A DNA stretch of 64,000 bases from Dehalococcoidia bacterium (GCA_049694415.1 JBAVQV010000096.1:3099-67098); one strand, 5' to 3'. Shown: positions 41,893 through 52,662, counted from the stretch's first letter. Made by a program: numbers and translations. Notes: generated by a model not told the origin, from the sequence alone.

Positions 41893-41957
41893 ATTATCTC
41901 CTAAAGAAAAAAAACCAAGAGCTTTAGTAACCACTACTAAACCCTTGGTTCGATTTA

Positions 41958-42056
41958 CCGCTTCCCTACGCTTGCATTACCAAGGTCAGGTTCTGACGGT
42001 TCTCCGTAATAACGGAGTCTCAGCCTGTTTTATTTTTCTGGGCACCCCTAGCGGTT
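41958..42056 (-). ncRNA. TPP (THI-box) riboswitch upstream of thiC
   Basis: The minus strand reads AGGGGTGCCC...GCTGAGA...GAACCTGACCTTGGTAATGCAAGCGTAGGGAAGC. This matches the conserved THI-element blocks (GGGGUGCC, CUGAGA, ACCUGAUCUGGAUAAUGCCAGCGUAGGGAA). Confidence 0.85.
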
Positions 42057-42130
42057 AGCTAAAACCAGTATTCAATATATCATATATTGACGTTGAGAAA
42101 CAAGTAAATTTTGGCAAAACCATTGCTTGG

Positions 42131-43756
42131 CTAGCTTCTTGCTTTATACCGCCGCCAGGTTATTGTTGCCAAGCCCACCATCGCGCCGATAAACACTAAC
42201 GGAATAACCAGTGACATAATAAGGACTTGATTAGACATGGGTATTACTTCAAATTCGTCAGCATCTGACCACAGCCCTTCGTTGCCGATGTCATCCACCG
42301 CCATTACCCGCCAGGTATAGCTGCCTATAGTTAAGATGTCGTCTCTGGATAAAGTATACTCTGAGTCTACTAACTCTTTCTTTAAGACGGCCGGTGATAA
42401 AAAGTCATTACCATTAGCAATCTCTAAGGTATACGTTGTTTTACCTTGGACCTTAATATCCGACCAATCAAATTTAATATCGGATGGTCCAAGTTTTCGT
42501 TGCTCAGAGTTTCGAAAGGAAATGATTCTTATTAGCTGCTTAGTTGTCCCAAGAAATACGTCACCAACTGAATCAAAGACCTCTAATTCAGCTCCCTGTG
42601 TGGGGGATACTAGCGATGGCGCGGGAGGTGTGACTTTGTCGATGATGAAAAGAGTCTCTGCCGAATTGCTAGCTGTTCCTGTAGCTTTTACTTTGTTTTC
42701 TTTGACGGCACTTTGGGGAGCCTCAAAATTGATACTGAAGCTACCTTTATCGTCGGCAACAATATTTGCGTTGAGGCTAGTTCCTTCAAAGCTTAAGGTT
42801 ATTGCTTCATCCTGGTTGAAGCCTGTTCCATTAACAGTTACCCTTGTCCCCTTGTTTCCTGAAGGCGGCTGTAACTGGATATTTGGCACCACATTAAAAT
42901 CCATATCAGGAATAATTCCTTTAGGTGTAAAATCGCTACCAAAGAGGCCAAGCAGGTGATGTCCTTGAGTGGTAGGGGGAATATTCAATGTGGCATTCAA
43001 GACTCCGTCTGTCCCGGCTATTAAATTACACAGGATTATTTGATTATCCCATGTAAAAGTGATCCCGTCCTCGCTAGTCCGAAAGCCAAATCCCTCTACT
43101 GTGATCTCTGTTCCTACTGGACCAGAGCTTGGTTGCATCTTGGCAAATGGGCCTACAATGAATTTGTGTTCACCGATTTCGGATACATTAGTCGAACTGC
43201 TGAATGCTCCGATATAGTATTCACCTTTCACTGGATCAGGGGCATCAAAATTGACACTCCATATGCCGAGATGATTGGCAGCGGCAGAAATCGGGAGGAC
43301 GGTTTTATCCCACGTTACTTTAATATCTTTTTCAAAACAAGCGAAGCCGTTACCAGTGACCGTAATTGATGTGTATGGCCAACCAATACGTGGAAATATT
43401 GTTATTCCGGGTAACACAGTGAATGTAGCTGATGCGGTGCTGCTAGTCCAATTGCTGTCATCGGTAATTTTGATAGTGTGGATGCCCTTACAGGCTGGTG
43501 GTACCTGCAAATCGAATGCCAACTCACCAGTTTCAGATATAGGTACCTTGCTAAGTATGATTTGGTTATCCCAGTAGATGGTAGCTAGCCGGCCGGAGAA
43601 TCCATTACCATTTATATGTATGGATGTGCTTATGGTGCCCGATGCAGGCCCTATGGAAATATTAGAAGCATGAACAGGAACAGGGGAGGCTATAAATATG
43701 AACGGGAGGACAATAATTATGGCTAAGAATGCAAGTAAAACTTTGGAATGTGCCAA
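42131..43756 (-). CDS. cell-surface protein with Ig-like (IPT/TIG-like) repeats, FN3-like module and C-terminal TM anchor (paralogue of 23364..25112)
   Basis: Signal peptide. Repeats GxxxxITV(N/E)GxGF...(T/S)(F/W)D. C-terminal YTWRVMAVDDIGNEG then TM helix LIMSLVIPLVFIGAMVGLATI followed by RRYKARS. Confidence 0.65.
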   Translation of the reverse strand: MAHSKVLLAFLAIIIVLPFIFIASPVPVHASNISIGPASGTISTSIHINGNGFSGRLATIYWDNQIILSKVPISETGELAFDLQVPPACKGIHTIKITDDSNWTSSTASATFTVLPGITIFPRIGWPYTSITVTGNGFACFEKDIKVTWDKTVLPISAAANHLGIWSVNFDAPDPVKGEYYIGAFSSSTNVSEIGEHKFIVGPFAKMQPSSGPVGTEITVEGFGFRTSEDGITFTWDNQIILCNLIAGTDGVLNATLNIPPTTQGHHLLGLFGSDFTPKGIIPDMDFNVVPNIQLQPPSGNKGTRVTVNGTGFNQDEAITLSFEGTSLNANIVADDKGSFSINFEAPQSAVKENKVKATGTASNSAETLFIIDKVTPPAPSLVSPTQGAELEVFDSVGDVFLGTTKQLIRIISFRNSEQRKLGPSDIKFDWSDIKVQGKTTYTLEIANGNDFLSPAVLKKELVDSEYTLSRDDILTIGSYTWRVMAVDDIGNEGLWSDADEFEVIPMSNQVLIMSLVIPLVFIGAMVGLATITWRRYKARS

Positions 43757-43943
43757 TTTTTACCCTTCCTCAAGATTTTACCGTTAAAAAAAGTAGTTTA
43801 TATTGCTGGGAAGGAAAAATCAAATCGAAATCCCTGGAATGTCAAAACTTACAATGTGGTTATCGCTCGATTAGCGCGATAGTTGGCTTGACATTACAAA
43901 CATCATATTGATAGACTTTTGCCAGTTGGGTTTTTCTTAGCAC

Positions 43944-44017
43944 GGCCCCGTGGTGTAGCGGACTAACATGCCACCCTGTCACGGTGGAGATCGTGGGTTC
44001 GAATCCCATCGGGGTCG
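43944..44017 (+). tRNA. tRNA-Asp (anticodon GTC), 74 nt, no encoded CCA
   Basis: Acceptor GGCCCCG/CGGGGTC, anticodon arm CCACC-CTGTCAC-GGTGG, T-arm GTGGG-TTCGAAT-CCCAT, discriminator G. Confidence 0.8.
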
Positions 44018-44097
44018 CATTATTTATTTGTAAGCAGAATTTCGGAACCCCGATTCATTTAATCAAGGCATTGTCAGTTACCTTATTTGAGCAGGAA

Positions 44098-45699
44098 TCA
44101 ACCCAACTTACGTAGTTCAGCTCTCAGTAATTTGCCCAAAAGGTTTTTGGGCAGTGATTCTATAAATTGTACTCTTTTTGGTATTTTAAACGTGGGCAGG
44201 CATTCTTTGCAGAAGGCGATTATCTCTTCTTCACTGGCTTGCTCCTGTATCTTAAGTACTACGAAAGCCTTTATTTCTTCGCCATAGGTCTTATCAGGTA
44301 TGCCGACAACACCGGCCTCGGCAACCTTTGGATTCTGGTAAAGCACTTCTTCTACTTCTCGCGGCGATACGTTTTCTCCTCCTCGTATGATGATATCCTT
44401 CTTCCGATCGGTTATATATAGATAGCCGTCTTCATCCATATAGCCGATGTCGCCGGTATATAGCCAGCCATTCTTGATGGCCTGTGCCGTATCTTCAGGC
44501 AGATTCCAGTAGCCTTTCATCAAAGTGGGGCCTTTGACAACGATTTCGCCTTGTTGTCCTGGCGGTAGCTCGTGACCGTTGTCGTCAAAGACTTTAATAA
44601 CGTTGCATCTTAATAAATTCTTGCCGATGGAACCGTATTTAGGCGGGAGATCAACCGGTTGTCCCGTAGTAGTAGCACCTGACTCGGTTAGCCCCCAGCC
44701 TTCTCTTATATCCACTCCCGTCTTTTGTTTCCATCTCACAGCAATTTCTACGGGAAGAGCAGCTCCCCCAGAATTGCAGGCTTGAAGTGAACTTAGATCG
44801 TATTTATCCAGGTCAGGGAAGTCCAGTATTTGTATATACATAGTGGGCACTGCAGCCATGTGTAAAATCCGAAATGATTGAATCGCCTTCAGAGCTTCCT
44901 CGACATTCCACCACCTAAGTACGACAGCCTTTCCACCCACGAAGGAACCCATAATACTGAATGCAATGCCATACGAGTGAGACAGAGGCAGCACTCCCAG
45001 GCTGACCGTGGTCCGACTTGTGCCGGTAACAGCCAGGGATGTTTCGATGGATTCAAGCGTCTTGGGGTCTATGGAATTGCTTGTTTGGCGCAAAGTCAGT
45101 GGTAGATTGATAAGGACATATTCATAGAACGACAGGGCATTGATGTATAGGGAATAGTGGGTATGCATTACTCCTTTAGGCTGACCTGTAGTGCCAGCAG
45201 TATATATTAAGGCGGCAACATCATTGTTGTCAGTTTCTTCTAGTACTAGTTCGCTTGAGCTATCTAACATCAGTTCACGGTATGAGACAGTACCTGGAAT
45301 GCCATCCTTGTCGGTTAAGATGATATATTTCAAGTCGGGAGCCTGTTTCTGTGCCTCTAGAATCCATCCTAGATAATCTGAGCTAGTAAGTAAAGCTTTG
45401 GCTCCACAGTCACGGTATATATAAGAGGCTTGGTCGGAGCGCAGCAACGGACTTAAAGGCACTACTATGCCACCTATCTTATATATGGCTGGGAAAGCCG
45501 AAAATACTGGCGGGCTGTTTGGCATCTGCACTGCTACTCGGTCCCCTTTACCGATTCCAAGTCCCTTTAATGCGTTGCCTAGTTGATTGGCGGTACGATT
45601 TACCTCTGCATTGGTATACCATTTCCCTTCGAAGTAGATACTCTCATATTCACCGAACCTTTTAACATTGTCCTCGATGAGTTTACCAATATTCATCAT
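44098..45699 (-). CDS. AMP-dependent acyl-CoA ligase (FadD-like fatty-acid/aryl-CoA ligase)
   Basis: AMP-binding signature YTAGTTGQPKGV. C-terminal motifs match the ligase at 57486..59201. Confidence 0.8.
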   Translation of the reverse strand: MMNIGKLIEDNVKRFGEYESIYFEGKWYTNAEVNRTANQLGNALKGLGIGKGDRVAVQMPNSPPVFSAFPAIYKIGGIVVPLSPLLRSDQASYIYRDCGAKALLTSSDYLGWILEAQKQAPDLKYIILTDKDGIPGTVSYRELMLDSSSELVLEETDNNDVAALIYTAGTTGQPKGVMHTHYSLYINALSFYEYVLINLPLTLRQTSNSIDPKTLESIETSLAVTGTSRTTVSLGVLPLSHSYGIAFSIMGSFVGGKAVVLRWWNVEEALKAIQSFRILHMAAVPTMYIQILDFPDLDKYDLSSLQACNSGGAALPVEIAVRWKQKTGVDIREGWGLTESGATTTGQPVDLPPKYGSIGKNLLRCNVIKVFDDNGHELPPGQQGEIVVKGPTLMKGYWNLPEDTAQAIKNGWLYTGDIGYMDEDGYLYITDRKKDIIIRGGENVSPREVEEVLYQNPKVAEAGVVGIPDKTYGEEIKAFVVLKIQEQASEEEIIAFCKECLPTFKIPKRVQFIESLPKNLLGKLLRAELRKLG

Positions 45700-45808
45700 T
45701 CCCCTTTCCCAGACATTATAATTTTCAGTTGCAACAGATTCTAATTATCCTGAAGATTGATAGGATAGTACACTTGCCACTTTTAGACGTCAAGTCCCAG
45801 GAAACAAA

Positions 45809-45824
45809 TAGGAATTTATTCCTA
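45809..45824. promoter_or_regulatory. inverted repeat TAGGAAT-N2-ATTCCTA in the divergent promoter region (candidate operator)
   Basis: Perfect 7-bp arms, read directly from the sequence. Lies between the divergently transcribed ligase gene and the DUF35/thiolase operon. Confidence 0.3.
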
Positions 45825-45928
45825 CTCAATATGTCCGTAGCTGCAAAAGTTTGACTGATGACGCAGGCTGTGATAGTCTACGCTTGCCGTTTTTCCATTT
45901 AAAAAGTCGCAATTAGGAGGTTAAATCA

Positions 45929-47371
45929 ATGGTAGGTGTTAAATCATACGGCGCTTATATCCCAAGGTATCGGATAAATCACAATACAATCTTTACTGCT
46001 GTAGGGTTCCTTGGTACTTTTCCGCCGCCGGGAGAGAATGCAATTGCCAACCATGACGAGGATACTCTTAGTATGGCAGTGGCTGCCGGCGTTGATTGTT
46101 TGAACGGCATGAAAAGAGAGGAGATAGACGGACTGTATCTGGCAACTACCAGCCAGCCATATATGCTTAGGCAGAACTCAGGAATAGTGGCTGCTGCGCT
46201 TGACCTGGAAAATAATATAAGAACCGCCGATTTCCTGGGCTCTACCAAGTCGGGTACAAGTGCCCTTCTTTCTGCCTTTGATGCCGTGAAGGCCGGGACA
46301 TCAACCAATGTCCTGGTCTGCGCCTCTGATTGCCGTGTAAGTAAGCCAGGTAGCTCACAAGAGCATTTATATGGCGATGCCGCTGTCGCTGTCCTCATGG
46401 GCGGTGATGATGTGATTGCTACACTCGAAGGTCACTTTTCTGTATCTTACGATTTTCCTGACCGCTGGAAAGCAACCAGTGAAAAATTTGAACATGCCTG
46501 GGAAGACAGGTTTATACGTGATGCTGGCTACACTAAGATAATACCTGAGACTATTTCTGGCCTGCTGAAAAAGTACAATTTAGCTATTACTGACTTCAGA
46601 AAAATTGCATTTCCTGACCTTTATCCTAGAGAACACGCTGCCATAGTCAAGCGATTGGGTGCCGACCCTGGCCAGATTCAGGGTTCACTGCTAGATAAAG
46701 TAGGTGACACTGGTTCGGCTTCGCCACTGATGATGCTGGTGGCAGCACTGGAAGATGCCAAGCCAGGGGATAAGATAATGATTGCCAGCTTCGGAAATGG
46801 CAGCGATGCCATGTTCTTCCAGGTAACTGAAAACATAAAAAAGATGGGTAAAAGGCGCGGCGTCAAGAAGAATTTGGAGACGAAAAAAGAGCTAGCCAGT
46901 TACGAGAAATACCTTGCTTTTCGCAATCTGACTCCTGTTGAGTTAGGAATGCGTGGTGAAATAGGCTTTCGCACCCCGATGTCTACACTGTTCAGGGAAC
47001 GGAAAACCGTTTTAGCTCTATGCGGCTCAAAATGTAAGCGTTGTGGAACACCGCAGTATCCACCGCAAAGAATATGCGTTAATCCCGATTGCGGAGCTGT
47101 GGATCAAATGGAAGGCTATCGTTTTTCTGATAAAAAGGGTGTGCTGTTTACTTACACAGGTGACAATTTGGCGGCCAGCATTGACCCACCGGCGATTTAT
47201 GGATTCGTAGATTTTGATGGGGGAGGAAGGTTCTGGTTTGATATTACCGATTGCGACCTCGATTCGACTAAAGTAGGCATGCCTGTGGAGATGACCTTCC
47301 GTCGGAGATATGTTGATGAAAGCGGCGGTGTTTATGGCTATTCCTGGAAAGCAATGCCAGTGCGTGCCTAA
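45929..47371 (+). CDS. fusion protein: HMG-CoA-synthase/FabH-like thiolase-fold domain + C-terminal DUF35 (OB-fold + rubredoxin-like zinc ribbon)
   Basis: N-terminal ~340 aa has a condensing-enzyme fold (HMGCS-like). C-terminal CGSKCKRCG...CVNPDCG zinc ribbon is followed by an OB-fold, typical of DUF35. At the expected nucleophile position the motif reads TKSGTSAL rather than CYGGT. That may mean the Cys is lost, but I could not align it rigorously. Confidence 0.6.
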   Translation: MVGVKSYGAYIPRYRINHNTIFTAVGFLGTFPPPGENAIANHDEDTLSMAVAAGVDCLNGMKREEIDGLYLATTSQPYMLRQNSGIVAAALDLENNIRTADFLGSTKSGTSALLSAFDAVKAGTSTNVLVCASDCRVSKPGSSQEHLYGDAAVAVLMGGDDVIATLEGHFSVSYDFPDRWKATSEKFEHAWEDRFIRDAGYTKIIPETISGLLKKYNLAITDFRKIAFPDLYPREHAAIVKRLGADPGQIQGSLLDKVGDTGSASPLMMLVAALEDAKPGDKIMIASFGNGSDAMFFQVTENIKKMGKRRGVKKNLETKKELASYEKYLAFRNLTPVELGMRGEIGFRTPMSTLFRERKTVLALCGSKCKRCGTPQYPPQRICVNPDCGAVDQMEGYRFSDKKGVLFTYTGDNLAASIDPPAIYGFVDFDGGGRFWFDITDCDLDSTKVGMPVEMTFRRRYVDESGGVYGYSWKAMPVRA

Positions 47372-47404
47372 AAGACGAGACAAACTTGTACGGAGGATAC
47401 GAAA

Positions 47405-48607
47405 ATGGCAGAAGGTATTAAAGACAAAGTAGCTATCATCGGCATGGGTTGTACAAAATTCGGTGAATTATGGGATAAAGGCGCTGAAGACCTGATGGTC
47501 GATTCATTTCAAGAATGTATTGAGGATGCTGGTATAGAGAAGAAGGATATTCAGGCAGCCTGGTTTGGCGTACATTTTGAGGAACAGAGTGTGGGCAAAG
47601 GGGCTACCTCTATGGCATTAGCGCTGAAGTTGCCCTTTATTCCTGTTACCAGAGTAGAAAACTTTTGTGCTACTGGCACGGAAGCTCTCAGAGGGGCCTG
47701 TTATGGAGTGGCTTCGGGAGCATATGATATCGCTTTAGCTTTAGGTGTGGAAAAACTAAAGGATACCGGGTACGGCGGCCTTCCCGGTGGTCCGGGCCTT
47801 ATGGGTTCCAGGAATGCACTTATAATGCCTAAAATAACTGCGCCGGGAAGCTTTGCCATGATGGCTACCAGGTATTTTGCAGTGTACGGCCTCAGCCCCG
47901 AAGAAGGCAAAAAGATGCTGGCCAGGGTGTCAGCTAAAAGCCATCATAACGGTTCTTTGAACCCCAAGGCGCATCTGCGACGTGAAATAACTGTAGAGCA
48001 AGTGATAAATGCGCCTATTATTGCCTGGCCGCTGGGGCTTTTCGATTGCTGCGGCGTTAGCGATGGTTCAGCAGCAGCTATTGTAACCACTGCAGAGATG
48101 GCTAAGAAGTTCAGGCCTGACCCAGTATATATCAAATCTCTACAGATTGCCTTAAGTTCGGGCGAGGAACTTATGTATACCAAATGGGATGGCGCGCATG
48201 TTGAGACCGGCCTGCGTGCCGGGGTCCTGGCATATAAGGAGGCCGGAGTCAAAAACCCGCGTAAAGAGATTAGCATGGCTGAAGTACATGACTGCTTCTC
48301 TATAACTGAAGCGGTAACTATGGAAGATTTGCAATTCAGTCCCCGAGGAAAGGTTAAAGAAGATATCGAGGCTGGACGTTTCAACCTGGATGGTGAGCAG
48401 CCTATTCAGCCTGATGGCGGATTGAAATGTTTCGGGCATCCTATCGGTGCCTCAGGTCTGCGGATGATGTATGAGATGTATAAGCAGCTGCAGGGCAAGG
48501 CCCAGTTGCCGGAGCGACAATTAAAGAACCCCAAGTTGGGACTGACTCACAATATGGGTGGCTTTCCGGCCATGAACATCGTTAGTGTCGCCATCGTGGG
48601 ACTGTAA
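47405..48607 (+). CDS. SCP2-type (SCPx-like) thiolase / nonspecific lipid-transfer-protein thiolase
   Basis: N-terminal nucleophile in NFCATGTEAL, HDCF motif (EVHDCFS) and GHPIGASG. Length 400 aa. Confidence 0.75.
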   Translation: MAEGIKDKVAIIGMGCTKFGELWDKGAEDLMVDSFQECIEDAGIEKKDIQAAWFGVHFEEQSVGKGATSMALALKLPFIPVTRVENFCATGTEALRGACYGVASGAYDIALALGVEKLKDTGYGGLPGGPGLMGSRNALIMPKITAPGSFAMMATRYFAVYGLSPEEGKKMLARVSAKSHHNGSLNPKAHLRREITVEQVINAPIIAWPLGLFDCCGVSDGSAAAIVTTAEMAKKFRPDPVYIKSLQIALSSGEELMYTKWDGAHVETGLRAGVLAYKEAGVKNPRKEISMAEVHDCFSITEAVTMEDLQFSPRGKVKEDIEAGRFNLDGEQPIQPDGGLKCFGHPIGASGLRMMYEMYKQLQGKAQLPERQLKNPKLGLTHNMGGFPAMNIVSVAIVGL

Positions 48608-48640
48608 CTTGAAAAATAATGAACTTTATGGAGGCAAGCT

Positions 48641-49114
48641 ATGGCTGAAGGCTCCTTGATTACTGACGAATTAAAGAAAATGATAGGTGTGTCGTGGGAG
48701 CCAGTCATCTTCAAGATTGAAGAAGGAGCGATACAAAGATATGCTCAGGCTATAGGTGACACGAACCCTCTTTTTAACGATGCTGACTATGCCAATAAAA
48801 GTAAATACGGCAGAATAATTTGTCCCCCGGGTTTCACCGGCTGGCCGGTCAAAGCCGGGTTTTCTGTCTTTAATTTAGTTGATTCATTGATTAAGGCTGG
48901 AGCACCGCCTCGATTGCTTGACGGTGGAGTTGAATATGAGTTCCTGGAGCCGGTTGGTGCCGGCGATACGCTGGTTGCCACAGTCAAGGTTGTCAATATT
49001 ACTGAGAGAGATACTAAGATGGGCAAAACGATGTTTACTAAAATTGAAACAACTTTCCTGAATCAGAATGGAAATGTAGCGCTGAAGGGTTGGTCGACGA
49101 TGATACAGTTTTAA
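48641..49114 (+). CDS. MaoC-like hot-dog protein (N-terminal-type dehydratase subunit)
   Basis: Length 157 aa. Hot-dog fold. Paired with the MaoC dehydratase that follows. Confidence 0.6.
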   Translation: MAEGSLITDELKKMIGVSWEPVIFKIEEGAIQRYAQAIGDTNPLFNDADYANKSKYGRIICPPGFTGWPVKAGFSVFNLVDSLIKAGAPPRLLDGGVEYEFLEPVGAGDTLVATVKVVNITERDTKMGKTMFTKIETTFLNQNGNVALKGWSTMIQF

Positions 49115-49152
49115 ACTGTACTGAGACCATTTCCCCCAATTGAGGAGGAAAC

Positions 49153-49623
49153 ATGACAAAGCAACTTTATTATGAAGACGTTGAAGCAGGCACTGATATA
49201 ACTCCGTTAGCTAAAATTGCCACGACACGCATGCTGGTCCAGTGGGCAGGGGCCTCGGGGGATTTTAACCCATTGCATTATGAGGATGATTTTGCTAAAG
49301 CTATTGGTGTGGGTGCACCTATTGTTCATGGTGCTCTTAAACGGGCCTGGTTGGGCGAGCTCATGACTGACTGGATTGGAGAACAGGGAGTACTGAAGAA
49401 GCTATCCTGCCAGTACCGCGGCATGGACTATCCTCGCAAGATGAAAACAATTGAAGAGGCAAATGACGGTGAAACGTGGTGGTGCAAGGGCAAGGTGGCT
49501 CAGAAATATGAGGCAGGCGGCGAACATCTTGTTGAGTGCGCCATTTGGGTAGAGAACGGCAAGGGTGAGAAAACGACACCTGGTGCAGCATTGGTAGCCC
49601 TGCCAAGGAGAAGCAAGAAATAA
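49153..49623 (+). CDS. MaoC-family (R)-specific enoyl-CoA hydratase
   Basis: Length 156 aa. DFNPLHYEDDFA hydratase motif. Confidence 0.7.
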   Translation: MTKQLYYEDVEAGTDITPLAKIATTRMLVQWAGASGDFNPLHYEDDFAKAIGVGAPIVHGALKRAWLGELMTDWIGEQGVLKKLSCQYRGMDYPRKMKTIEEANDGETWWCKGKVAQKYEAGGEHLVECAIWVENGKGEKTTPGAALVALPRRSKK

Positions 49624-49726
49624 AAGGTTTTAATTAACAAACAAGTGCTTGTGAAGCCATCTTCCGGAACACCAAGGTGGGGCCGGTGGTTTCTGTAACA
49701 AAAATATAATAATAAGGAGACGACGG

Positions 49727-50506
49727 ATGGGAAAACTGGATGGAAAAGCGGCTGTTATCACCGGGGCGGCTCGTGGCATAGGCAGAGCTGACGCCATATT
49801 GTTTGCCAAGGAGGGTGCTGCCGTTCTAGTCAGTGACATTGACGAAGCACCGCTGAAGGAAGTAGTAAATGAGATAAGGGCGGCTGGCGGTAAGGCTGAG
49901 GCTGGTGCTGGTAATGTAACTAAACCGGAAGATTGCCAGAAGATAATGGATATGGCAGCTGAGAAATTCGGGAAAATAGATATTCTGGTGAACAACGCCG
50001 GGCTTACCAGAGACGCTTTGATTCATAAAATGACCGATGCCCAATGGGACCTGGCGGTTGATATTAGCCTTAAAGGGACGTTCAACTGTATCAGGGCAGC
50101 TTCAAAGTACATGATGAAGAGTGAGCACAATGGTAGGATAATAAATGTAGCCTCCGTGGCCGGCCTGATGGGAAACGTGGGGCAAATTAACTACGCGGCG
50201 GCTAAGTCTGGCCTGATTGGACTAACCAAAACTGTGGCCAGAGAGTGGGGGAGATTTGGTATTACCTGCAACGTCGTCGCCTTTGGGTTCGTTGACACGC
50301 GGCTGACCAAAGAGAAAGAGTCGCAGCAAGAAGAAGTGGGTGGCGAGCTGGTGGGCATACCTAAGAAGGTAAGGGATATGGTTCTGCTGCAGATTAAGCC
50401 GATGACGCCTGAAGATGCCGCCAAGCCGGTTCTGTTTTTAGCTTCGGACGATGCTGCCTTTATCACCGGCCAGGTACTGAACGTATCCTCCGGAATGTAT
50501 ATGTAA
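49727..50506 (+). CDS. SDR-family 3-hydroxyacyl-CoA / 3-oxoacyl reductase (FabG-like)
   Basis: TGAARGIG, NNAG and YAAAK catalytic motifs. Confidence 0.8.
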   Translation: MGKLDGKAAVITGAARGIGRADAILFAKEGAAVLVSDIDEAPLKEVVNEIRAAGGKAEAGAGNVTKPEDCQKIMDMAAEKFGKIDILVNNAGLTRDALIHKMTDAQWDLAVDISLKGTFNCIRAASKYMMKSEHNGRIINVASVAGLMGNVGQINYAAAKSGLIGLTKTVAREWGRFGITCNVVAFGFVDTRLTKEKESQQEEVGGELVGIPKKVRDMVLLQIKPMTPEDAAKPVLFLASDDAAFITGQVLNVSSGMYM

Positions 50507-50600
50507 ATTGTAGCCACATAAGCTAGAATGATGAAAAGGATATGCGTTAAATCGGTCTGTGGTCTGATGCTATTGACATACTGTGGTATAATAATTTTTA

Positions 50601-50611
50601 TACCTCCGATT
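50601..50611 (+). promoter_or_regulatory. extended -10 promoter element TGGTATAAT upstream of the ABC-transporter SBP gene
   Basis: TGnTATAAT consensus, read directly from the sequence, about 175 nt upstream of the GTG start at 50788. Confidence 0.4.
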
Positions 50612-50787
50612 GCATTTGTATTGAATATGTCATAAACTGGCCAAATGATAAAAAAACAAATCTTAGTGGAAGGGGGTGGTAGTATCGAGTGAGTAAGGTT
50701 TAGCATACTGGGGCAAACAACGGTCGATGAGTGTTTGCTAGTAGAGAGATCCTTTAGAGGGAAATGTTTTAGGAGGTTAATGGCTAA

Positions 50788-52662
50788 GTGAAAAAAGTTC
50801 TATTCTTATTGTTTACGTGTCTTTTGCTCGTAGCCTTGGTTATTCCTGCCTGTAAAGGGGGTGCCCCCGCAGGGAACACGATAAAAATCGGCGTCATCGG
50901 GCCGATGCAATATATACAGGGCGAGCATAACTGGTGGGGCGCTCAAATGGCCGCTGAAAAAATCAATGCGGCAGGTGGAGTAAAGGTCGGCGCCGAAACA
51001 TACCAGATTCAGCTGATTCAATCAGACTCCAATGAGATAAACAGCACTACCGATGCTGCGGCTGCGATGGAAAAGTTGATAACGGTAGATAAGGCACAAT
51101 TTGTCATGGGAGGCTTCAGGACTGAAGGTGTGTTCCCCATGCAGGAAATCGCCATGGATAACAAGACGATTTTCTTGGATTGCGGCGCCGCTACATTGGC
51201 ACTGAATACACCGGTAAAAACGAATTATGACCGCTACAAGTACTTTTTCAGGGTTACCCCATTCTGTTCCACCTATCTGGTCCAAAACACGATATACGAG
51301 TTAGAAATGGCCGGAGCCATAATAAAAGAGGATACCGGCATAAACAGAAAATTGAAGGTTGCTATATGTGCTGAAGGAGCTCAGTGGGCGGACTCTATGG
51401 TGAACATTATGAAGGGTTGGGTTCCTTCGAAGCTGGGAATGGAAGTCTCCGGCACATGGAGACCTTCGCCTACAGCCACCGAGCTTACAGCCGAAATGAC
51501 AGCTATGGAAGCGGCTAATACCGACATCATCTGCCCTATTATCTCCGGCCCACTGGGTATACCCTATGCCAGGTCATGGGGTGAGTTGAAAGTCCCGGCG
51601 GCTTCCGTAGGCATTAACGTTGAAGCCCAGGCTCTAGGCTTCTGGGATGCAACCAAGGGTTTCGGCAACTGGGATACGGGGCTAAGTTCATACGCTAAGA
51701 ACGTAGAAGTTAACTCGATGACCAAGCCGTTCTTCGATGAATTTATGACGAAGTTTGGACAGGCACCTACGTATAATGCCGGCACATACGACGCCATGTA
51801 TATCTTGACAGGTGCTATAACCAGGGCGGGAACTCTTGATTCCGACGCCGTGGTTGCCGAACTTGAAAAGACAGACGCGCCTGGCACCGTGGCTGTAAGA
51901 TTTGTCTTTACGGGTGCGGATGCACCGCTGAACAATCCACATGATGTGACCTACGGCCCGGGCTTTTCCACAGGCATAGCCAACCAGTGGCAGGATGGAC
52001 AATTGTTAGGCGTGTGGCCGAACGGGGCCTATGCCACCGATCCGGCCTGGAAAGCAGTAAATTATAAGGGCATCGCTAAGTGGAAGACACCTCCGGTGTT
52101 AGTCGACAAGTTAAAAGCCGAGGCAGCTACGCAGCCAGCGGCTCCAGCGGCTCCAGCAGCTCCGGCGGCACCTGCGGCACCCGCAGCAGCTCCAGCAGCA
52201 GCTGGGCCGACCTCGTATCCAGCCGCGACATATACTAACGACAAGTACGGCTTCTCAATTCAGTATCCTAAAGATTGGGTAGCACGCCCAGAGCTCGTGA
52301 CGAAACCTGAACACCAGGCTGCATTCGGAGTGAGCGGCTTTGTTCCAGGCGTAGTTCTGTATGCCTATGATGCGGCGCCTGCAGAATCTAAGGACTGGAT
52401 TGTTGCATCGTTTACGCAGTCGGGCAATACCGATCCTAAAGTCAAATCTGACATCAAAGAGGAAACCCTGGCAGGCGGTATCAAAGCTTACACGTACCAG
52501 GCAGCCTATATTTCTGCAACAGGGTATGACATAATTTCTTACTGCCTCGATGCAGATAAGGACGGCAAGCGGATTCGTGTAAATGTATTTACCATAGATG
52601 CGTTTGCTCCTTACGATGCGAAGCTAGCTTCGGAGATAGCGCACACCTTAACATTCAAATAG
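50788..52662 (+). CDS. Liv-type ABC-transporter substrate-binding lipoprotein with an extra C-terminal ~155-aa domain
   Basis: AGGAGG, then GTG start. Lipobox IPAC. Type-I periplasmic binding fold (Peripla_BP_6-like). The linker (PAA)n AAGPTSYPAATY joins a C-terminal domain that is near-identical to the stand-alone lipoprotein at 52768..53430. Confidence 0.75.
   Translation: MKKVLFLLFTCLLLVALVIPACKGGAPAGNTIKIGVIGPMQYIQGEHNWWGAQMAAEKINAAGGVKVGAETYQIQLIQSDSNEINSTTDAAAAMEKLITVDKAQFVMGGFRTEGVFPMQEIAMDNKTIFLDCGAATLALNTPVKTNYDRYKYFFRVTPFCSTYLVQNTIYELEMAGAIIKEDTGINRKLKVAICAEGAQWADSMVNIMKGWVPSKLGMEVSGTWRPSPTATELTAEMTAMEAANTDIICPIISGPLGIPYARSWGELKVPAASVGINVEAQALGFWDATKGFGNWDTGLSSYAKNVEVNSMTKPFFDEFMTKFGQAPTYNAGTYDAMYILTGAITRAGTLDSDAVVAELEKTDAPGTVAVRFVFTGADAPLNNPHDVTYGPGFSTGIANQWQDGQLLGVWPNGAYATDPAWKAVNYKGIAKWKTPPVLVDKLKAEAATQPAAPAAPAAPAAPAAPAAAPAAAGPTSYPAATYTNDKYGFSIQYPKDWVARPELVTKPEHQAAFGVSGFVPGVVLYAYDAAPAESKDWIVASFTQSGNTDPKVKSDIKEETLAGGIKAYTYQAAYISATGYDIISYCLDADKDGKRIRVNVFTIDAFAPYDAKLASEIAHTLTFK

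Noticed and set aside
43880-43920. TTGACA-N17-ATAGAC / TTGATA promoter-like sequence upstream of tRNA-Asp
   Set aside because: The -10 element is weak or ambiguous and several alternative spacings are possible. I did not report it as a feature.
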